Origin: Rhodosorus marinus CCMP1338
Taxonomy: Eukaryota; Plantae; Rhodophyta
Direction of reading: 5' to 3'
Assembly: GCA_029953675.1 (NCBI GenBank)
Contig: JAMWBK010000007.1
Span: 620,001-684,000 of the forward strand
DNA length: 64,000 bases
How positions within the stretch are numbered: the first letter of the stretch is position 1; each line of letters starts with the position of its first letter. Below, one piece after another: positions 56,609 through 64,000 of this stretch. A model generated the notes under the pieces. It was not told the DNA's origin. It searched no databases and saw only the letters and a program-made list of their open reading frames with translations. The position numbers were made by a program, and so were the translations under genes.

Positions 56609-56749
56609 ATTCCAATCTCCAGACCTTATACTGAACAACTAAAAACTAGTTTCCAATTTACCCTTCGCGGACGAAACCCTATACCTCGGTACCTCGCTAT
56701 CCGCACAGGTCACCCATGCATCCCGCCAGCGTTCCGAGCGGGTGGGTTC

Positions 56750-56757
56750 TTTATATA
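56750..56757 (-). promoter_or_regulatory. Candidate TATA box of the FEA1-like gene
   Basis: TATATAAA on the minus strand about 140 nt upstream of the ATG at 56608. Confidence 0.45.
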
Positions 56758-58736
56758 CCGAATCCATCTCATCGGTAAAATCTATGCCGGCCGTCGACGG
56801 AAGCAATAGAGTAAGGAGAAGCTTCCGCTCACCACATCCCCAAAGCCAACCAAAAATCTTTCCCTCAACAAAAAAAGTATTAAAAACAAAATAATATAAC
56901 CGCGGAAAAACAAAAAACAAACAAACAATATTAAAGTCCAAACCCAAAACTCCCTTAAGTGGGGAGGAAAAGGGTTGAAGAGTGACTTGAACACAAGCAT
57001 CATCCCCCTATATTCCCCGGTTTCGTTGTCAACCTGAACTTGGATTCCCGGCCGAGGAGACATATCCACCAACATATGGAAAAAAAAATCGCCTAGAAGA
57101 ATTATTTTCTCGTAGTAAAAAAGGCCAAGGCCGATCCCCCACATCCTTTTTGAAGAAGAAAAAATGAACTTACAAATACTCCCAAAATCTCAAACGGTTG
57201 TGTAAAAGAAAGGAGGAGTGTAACAAACTAACGGCTAGCTGCACGACCCTCACTTAAGAGTAAATACTATAAGATTACAAGACTAAACTAGATACTGAAC
57301 ACTTGAGAAAGGGGGGGGCGGGGGGAAGAGGGGGAGTCCGACTTTGGACGTGGGGAAAAAAGGGCCCCAGGCTGCACACATACTCGTACATTTGGAGTCA
57401 GAACTTCCATAAACACCAGAAACAGCAAACTCTTTGAGGGGTAATTAGCAATCGTATGGATCTTCACCAGTCATATTCTCGTCAGAGAAGGGGTACCATG
57501 TCCACGTTCTTTGGTCCAAACGACCGGGTCCGAACTTTGTCCATTAAGGGATTTGGCATAAAATTAGAAGAGATACTCTAGATTTTTTCCGCGCGACTTA
57601 AACCTACTGAGTTGCACGGTCGATCATGCAGATCCTTCATTAAAATCTGTTGGATTACGGAACCGACGAGGATATGATTGGTAGATCCGGGTCAATTGAA
57701 AATCATGGTCGTGTCCAGATTAAATTATATATTTCTTCCATCAAATCCAATACCTAAGTCGATCAATGTATTCATGAAAAAACAAAACGACTATTGTCGA
57801 ATGAAAAGTATCCAAAAGCTAAGTGATCTAAGTTCTGCACGAATGCGTCCGGTTGAGAAACATCCGAAATTTTGGAAGGTGCGGAAGTTTTGGAATCGTT
57901 TCGAGGGACACTTCCTAATTTTTTTCCCTTTTTGACAACTGCTGCGTTGCGGAAGTCCGCACGAATGCTTGATGGGGGCTCTTTAATTGGAGGAAGCCGA
58001 CGAATACGAGTTCACAGATTCCAAGCCGGTCCATTCTTTTCTCAGCTGGAGAGGAGAGGTTGTGTGCTACGAGCGCCACACATGTTAACGCTGGGTTGGA
58101 TATGCTGAGATACAAACATCCGCTCTAGAGAGATACATGTAAGTTCGAAATCGTCTCGCAAATCATGGAAACTACCAGTCATAGTACAGGGTTGAAGAAG
58201 CGGAATCCCCACAGTGCACAACATCCAGCCGCCTGGATTTTTTGGAATGAGCCGATGTTGCTTGATTGGAGCCGTTTTTCTTCCATTCTTTGGTTCTGTT
58301 AACCGACCGTAGTGCGTTGTCAGGAGGAACTGTTCTCGCAAAGTCGCAGCTCACGACGCCACCTCGTGCAATCCGGTCTGCCCATCTGGTGGCAAGCCAA
58401 TTGGGAAGCAGTAGTCCCAAGCCGCGGCCCCCGAGATTTTCTCACACAAAAGTCCAAGCTCCATAGATGCTACGGAAACCCTTGTCTTAGGCCATCAATG
58501 GGCTGTGTGCCTTTTTTGGCTGACGAGACCTGGGACGTGGTCCCCGCTCAACTTTTTCTTTTCCCTTCCATTGAAATTGCCCCCCTGCATATGGCGAGAT
58601 AGAATTTCGTGCGGAGCCCCTGCGGAAGTCCTCATGTCTCCTTCCGGATAGCCTTTATCACGTGCTTCCCATACTAATCTCAATTCTTGAAGATAGCCTG
58701 ACGACGGTATGACCGTGAAAAACCTCCGATCTCACG

Positions 58737-58790
58737 TAACCCCGTTTCCATATCCATGAACTGTAGTTCATGGATATGGAAACGGGGTTA
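58737..58790. repeat. Perfect hairpin, 26-bp arms, 2-nt loop
   Basis: TAACCCCGTTTCCATATCCATGAACT-GT-AGTTCATGGATATGGAAACGGGGTTA. Confidence 0.95.
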
Positions 58791-58834
58791 TGTTAGTCTG
58801 GGGTTGCAATCCACGATCAGGAGCGGAAAGGGAA

Positions 58835-59316
58835 AACCATCCATTGGACTTCACCCCTACTTCTCAGCACACGATAACGGATGATGATTGTGCCATCCTC
58901 CATTTTCGCCTCTATGTGGAACGTATGGAGGCTAAATGGTAGTTTATGGCCCGGGAGTGGTAAACTGTCCGAAATTTGTTCTCGGATGTTCAGATGACTT
59001 GTAGGCAAGGGAGAGGCCCATTTTTGGGGAAAAATGAGCATCCATCACGTTCCATAGAGCCGAAAATGGAGGATGACACAATCATCATCCGTTTATTGTG
59101 TGCTTAGAAGTACGGGTGAAGTCCAATGGACTTTTCCTCGGACGTAAACTGTCCGAAATCAATTCTCGTGTGCAGACACGTCATCTGACTTGTAGTAAAG
59201 CGACAGCCCATTTTCGAGGAAAAATGAGCATTCATCACGTCCATAGAGCGAAAATGGAGGATCATTACCCTTTTATCTTGCGCTGAGAAGCGGGGTGACA
59301 AGTTCAATGGATGGTT
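58835..59316. repeat. MITE-like element: ~90-bp inverted repeats, with the right half duplicated
   Basis: 58837-58930 is the reverse complement of ~59040-59130; ~58962-59130 is repeated at ~59147-59313; outer ends AACCATCCATTG...CAATGGATGGTT. No clear TSD. Confidence 0.55.
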
Positions 59317-60809
59317 GTCGCTTTCACTACTGAGCAAGATGCACAATCAACCAATCGATCAACCTACTAGTTTTCGCTTCAGGTTGTTGTTTTTCTGTCT
59401 CTGAAATAACAAATCTTTTCATATTAAAGCAGTTTGTTGATTGATTGGTGTGTTTTTTCCTTTTCTATTTGGGATCCGGACCAAACCCGTCCAGCTGTCC
59501 ATAGCAGTGTCCTCTCAAGTCCCAGTTCATGCGGCGACCTGGCGCATTTGCGATCTGCACATCCATTGAATAAGCAAAGGGGTACGTAGCTCCTCTGACC
59601 GCGGCCCGAGATTTTCCGGGCGGAAGTCCACACTCAGCTGGCGCGTGGGTTTCCCTGTTTTAGGCAGTCAATGGATTGTGTGCTATTTTTTGCCGACCGA
59701 CGAGACTTGGGACGTGGTCTGGAGTCGGTGTGCTATTTTGACACCGCACGTCTTCACGCCTCATGTTCAGGAGCTGTAGTGCCAGCTTAGTTCCGTAGCC
59801 TGGCTCGTTTTTGCTTTCATAGGTAACATTCGGGGAGCTTGGTCCAAATTGAATCGACCTGTCTTTTGACCCCAGCATCTAAAGCCCGTGATATCTTTTG
59901 CCACCTCCGGTTTTCTGAACAAACACATCCATTCAATATGGTCGCACATGACCAAAATTTCATGTAAAGTCTTCCCCCCGCTAACAAATGGATCTCTTGG
60001 CGGTCAGAGATACCCCTCTGCTTACTCCTATCCGCTACTACGCAAGTCTAATTATACCGTTCTTCGGCCTGACCTGGGACACCGGCATCCATCCTTATCG
60101 TCTATTCCTTAGCTATGTCAGCAAATGGATCCCTTTTTCCCAGTAGAGTTCAGAATCCACCCCTTTCTTTAGTCCACTCCTACCCAACTACCATGGTAAG
60201 CCTAATTATATCGTTCTTTGACCCGGACTGGGATACCGCTATTTATACCGTTCTTTGACCCGGCCTGGTATACCGGCGTCGATCTAGCTTTCCGCTATCC
60301 AGTACCCAAAGTAACAAATCCAGCCTTGTCCGGGCAGAGTTACCGCTTTCTCTAGTCCACTCCTATCCAACTACCATGGCCTAGGACGCCGGCGTCGTTC
60401 TGCTTTCCTTATCGTCTATCCCCTAGGCAGAATGTAACTACTCTACCTACTACATATCGAGGGAACCAATTAATTCCGCATAATAAGCAAACAGTCAACC
60501 CCCGCACCCTCCCCGCGCGGTGGTCCCTCGTGCAACTACTTTGTTCTTCCATTGAAACTGGCGCTCAGCTCCCTTCGGAGCGCCATGCTCGTGCGGAATC
60601 CTTGCGGACGGCCGCATGCATTCCAAGCTCAAACTCCTAAATTCCAGTTTCCATAGCCATCTAAATTATGTAATCCCAGTCGGAGCTGACTTCCAAAAGG
60701 CCGAATCCTGGTTCCAATAGGATTTCCCGTGCATTTCTCAACGATGTAGAATCCTTCCACTTTTTTTTAAACCAAAAGGTAATCTATAATAGGCAGCCGC
60801 TAAACCGTC

Positions 60810-61313
60810 CAATAGACTATTGAACAGGCCAGAAAAAAAATTAGATTATGCCTGACAGTACGCTTTAAAAACCCGGTCGGATTGGTGGTGGTTGGGGTAT
60901 GGTGGTCGGGCAATAGACTATTGAACAGGCTAGAAAAAATTTGAGTATGCTGACTATACCGCTCGAAAAGCCCTGTCCGATTGGTGGTGGTTGGGTAATA
61001 GACTATTGAACAGGTTAGAAAAAAAATTAGAGTATTACTGACAATATTGCTCCAAAAACCCGCTCCGATTGGTGATTTTGGGTTATGGTGGTTGGGTAAT
61101 AGACTATTGAACAGGCTAGAAAAAAAATTTGAGTATGACTGGCAATACCGCTCTAAAAACCCGCTCCAATTGGTGGTGTTGGGTCATGGTGGTTGGGTAA
61201 TAGTTCAATAGTCTATTGACTATTGAACAGGCTAGAAAAAAAAAATTGGAGTATGCCGGACAATACCGCTCGAAAAACCCTGTCCGATTGGTGGTTGGGT
61301 TGTGGTGGTCGGG
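60810..61313 (+). repeat. Tandem array of ~5 diverged ~100-bp units
   Basis: AATAGACTATTGAACAGG(C/T)..GAAAAAAA...GATTGGTGGT..TTGGG starts near 60811, 60912, 60998, 61099 and ~61210. Confidence 0.9.
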
Positions 61314-61500
61314 TTCGAACCAACTTGTCTTTACTCAAACCTCGGTCCCAAGGTCTAGCAGAGCTAGGTCTTAGATAGTCTCTGTACTTTAAACTACCCC
61401 AGACCTGACATTAAAGTAGAACCAAGACTAAAAATAGGAAAACAAAGACAAAGTACCTGACACTAAAAATGGACTGAGTACAATCCAGGGGATTTCTCAC
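61314..61500 (+). mobile_element. Solo 5' UTR of CRE family C/D
   Basis: TTCGAACCAACTTGTCTTTACTCAA...CTAAAAATAGG...GGGGATTTCTCACAG matches the reverse complement of ~36634-36845, which directly precedes the ORF1 ATG at 36627. Confidence 0.65.
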
Positions 61501-62569
61501 AGTTCGATACGTGGTTCGACACGCGTCCATTATTCAATGGTGTTCAGCAGTAGTCAATCATCCACGCCCCGTGTATTTGAATCAGATTACTTCTCCCCGG
61601 GACAAACACCTACTTTCATTAATTGAATCATGATTATGTTTTACTCTATACAGGCTGTCATACTCAATCTTATTGGTTTTCAGCATCTTCGGATCTCAAC
61701 TGTGAAATGAGCGCCGGAACTGAACAAAGTAATTCCAAGATCGACCGAATCTGGCGAAGAAGACGATTGGGGTCCAATCAATATTCTTTGTTGATTGAGA
61801 AACAGCTGATCGCGATCGGTGGTTTTCTGTGGGTCAGATAGTGCTATCAGATGAACGGAATTACTTCTTTTCCAATTCAGACCTAGGAGATTTTCACGTG
61901 ACAGCTGGTTATTTATTGGAAACTATCGGAAACATCTATATCTGAGAACCACTCTATCCATAGTGAAATTTGCTTTGACAACAAAATTACCTTCTGTGAA
62001 CCTTCCAAAAGAAAACGAGGCCTTCTTGATTCTTTGCTTCAAGGGCATGCGGCGTTGAAGGTGAGCGTGTCTCAGCAAAACTCTATCCAACGTAACACTG
62101 TTGGACCAACACGGGGTTGTTTGTCCGCTCACACTCCCCCCTTCCATGGACGTCCCGTACCAAAAGACGATGGGTGGTGTTCAACTCCAAAAAATGAGTC
62201 TGTCCGGAATTTTCTTCCTGCAACAACTGCCGCAAAAGTATTATGAGAGGAGGTCCCCCCCAAGGAGGCGATAGGATTTCTAATTTCGGAAACCAACGGG
62301 TTCTCTTCCTCTTTTCAATACTAACCGAGCGAGGTCAGCGCTTAGCTTTGTTCATTTAGTAGTGTTCCCTTTGTATTTGAAAGGCAGTGGGGAGGGAGAT
62401 GGTTCCGCGGGCGGCGCGGGCGGAAGTCAGCGCTTGGGCTGGGATTACATAAGTTACCAAGTAACGTGATGCCGCTGACGATTTAGTTCTCTGGTGTGCT
62501 TGCTTTAGCCCAAAAAACCTAGTGCTAAGCGGCTCGGGTTGTTGGTGTCCTTGCCAAGGCAGTCAGAGG

Positions 62570-62577
62570 TATATATA
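62570..62577 (+). promoter_or_regulatory. Candidate TATA box of NRAMP
   Basis: TATATATA about 150 nt upstream of the ATG at 62728. Confidence 0.45.
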
Positions 62578-62727
62578 GGTGTTCTATCTAAAGCGAGTGA
62601 CTGACTTGGGTAGCACTTTGGATAGCTTGTGGGAAGAGTGCTTTGGAGTAGGTTGCGGTGGACTTGGAATTGCTTTGTTGTTTATGTCCTTGATTATTCT
62701 AGGAGGGTGCAGATTGTACGAAGGAAG

Positions 62728-64000
62728 ATGGGGGATGGTGAGATTGCTGGGGTGGGCTCGTTAAATATTCAAAGTGATTCTAACGCAGTCGGAGAAAGCA
62801 GTCTGTCGACGGACATCAGTGATGTTGGGAATGCTCCGATGACACCAGGTGACGTCGAAAAGAATGGATCTATCACCATGGATGCGAGCATGAAAGCCAG
62901 CTCCTTGAATGCGGAAAAGCTGGAGGCGTTGGACGCGACCCAAGGAGACAAGGCCAGATTCAACTTCAGGGAGTTTGTCAAGTACACTGGTCCTGGATGG
63001 CTGGCCGTGGTGGCGTACATTGATCCAGGGAACATGTACGCTGATATCACGGCTGGTTCTTCGTACGCGTACAGTCAGCTCTGGGTTGTCTTCTGGGCGA
63101 CTGTGATCAGTTGGCTGGCGTTGACGATCTGCTCCAAGTTTGGCATCTACGCAAGACAGCATCTAGCAAGAGCTTTTCGCGAGTCCTATCCAAAATGGGT
63201 AAACATTTCGATGTGGATTTTCATTGAGATGGTTGTGATCGCCACGGATATACCCGAAGTTATCGGCTTCGCGTACGCGTGCAATATATTCTTCGGATGG
63301 CCGTTCTATGCTGGTGTTTTGGCTTCGTTTGTGACAACGATGCTTTTCCTGATGGTCCTCAATATAAACAGGGGCTTCCGAATCCTGGAGGTCATGGTTC
63401 TCCTTCTCGTCGGGGCTATGTGTATCCTTCTGCTTGTGGAACTGTTCATCAACGGCGCAAACGTCAAACAGCTGTTCTTCGGATGGGCAGTTCCCACCGT
63501 GTGGAGTGGCTCCGTGTTCAACATGATCGGTATCATAGGAGCAGTAGTCATGCCGCACAATCTCTTTCTGCTGACTGGAGCAGTCCAGACGAGGATTCCC
63601 CGCGGAAGGACCGAAACGCGCAAAGTGTTTCTGTACTCAAAACTTGAGCCCATCATTCCCCTGTGCATATCTTGGATTGTGAACCTAAGCATTATCACCC
63701 TGGCTGCGAAGAACGTATTCCCAGAAACTTGTCCCAGTGGGGAGACGTCCGATCCTAAAGGGCAGTGTGCCGCCGGACCGGTCATCAATGACCCCGTACT
63801 GGACCCAAACTCCGTAACGCTGCTCGACTTCTGTCAGTACTTCGACAGCTCGACCTCTGGTGGCTGTACCGTATGGGGCCTGGCCCTCATCGCGGCCGCC
63901 CAGGCTTCGGCAATGACGACAACGTTCACTGGAAGCTTTGTTATGGACGGCTTCATCGAGATGAAGATCCCCGTGTGGACACGTTCAATCGGTACCAGAT
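62728..64000 (+). CDS. NRAMP: NRAMP-family divalent metal (Fe/Mn) transporter, truncated by the window end
   Basis: Absent from the ORF track because it has no stop in the window. Open from ATG 62728 (alternative ATGs at 62839 and 62878); translates to GPGWLAVVAYIDPGN, ATDIPEVIGFA, IIGAVVMPHNLFL and AAAQASAMTTTFTG.FVMDGF, the hallmark NRAMP motifs. Confidence 0.95.
   Translation, partial: MGDGEIAGVGSLNIQSDSNAVGESSLSTDISDVGNAPMTPGDVEKNGSITMDASMKASSLNAEKLEALDATQGDKARFNFREFVKYTGPGWLAVVAYIDPGNMYADITAGSSYAYSQLWVVFWATVISWLALTICSKFGIYARQHLARAFRESYPKWVNISMWIFIEMVVIATDIPEVIGFAYACNIFFGWPFYAGVLASFVTTMLFLMVLNINRGFRILEVMVLLLVGAMCILLLVELFINGANVKQLFFGWAVPTVWSGSVFNMIGIIGAVVMPHNLFLLTGAVQTRIPRGRTETRKVFLYSKLEPIIPLCISWIVNLSIITLAAKNVFPETCPSGETSDPKGQCAAGPVINDPVLDPNSVTLLDFCQYFDSSTSGGCTVWGLALIAAAQASAMTTTFTGSFVMDGFIEMKIPVWTRSIGTR

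Noticed and set aside
60810-61313. Possible CRISPR array
   Set aside because: The intervening sequences are homologous to each other rather than unique spacers, no cas genes are present, and the context is eukaryotic.
61310-61325. GGTTCGAACC B-box, possible tRNA or SINE
   Set aside because: No cloverleaf or correctly spaced A-box could be folded; the segment is explained as a CRE 5' UTR.
1-64000. Bacterial contaminant contig
   Set aside because: The genes are widely spaced, interleaved with CRE, Gypsy and Copia retroelements, have TATA-like upstream motifs and show no operon structure.
1-64000. Fanzor/TnpB/IscB, transposase, tyrosine recombinase or viral genes
   Set aside because: No RuvC, DDE-transposase, YR or capsid motifs were recognised in any listed ORF. 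By-eye screening could miss highly diverged copies.

Overview
Eukaryotic, intron-poor genomic DNA. It is most consistent with a red alga of the Rhodosorus/Porphyridium type; this is inference from gene content and cannot be verified here. Eight long intronless genes sit in a matrix of retroelement debris: two right-handed beta-helix proteins, a Cys-repeat secreted protein, a GH86 beta-porphyranase/agarase homologue, a two-module RTX/Ca-binding protein, a GSDH-Ig-NPCBM multidomain protein, a FEA1/ISIP2a (phytotransferrin)-like membrane protein and an NRAMP transporter running off the right end. The debris is mostly CRE-clade (restriction-like endonuclease, RLE) non-LTR retrotransposons in about four families, here called A to D, plus one Gypsy and one Copia remnant. 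Most notable are a bacterial-type GH86 and other bacterial-style secreted proteins in a eukaryotic context, a divergent FEA1-like/NRAMP iron-uptake pair, CRE elements forming head-to-tail arrays with a telomere-like 10-mer tail, a TAATG ORF1/ORF2 overlap, and a 20-bp target-site duplication split 15 kb apart on opposite strands, implying a large inversion or a misassembly. Family names A-D are my own labels. Element boundaries are by-eye estimates.
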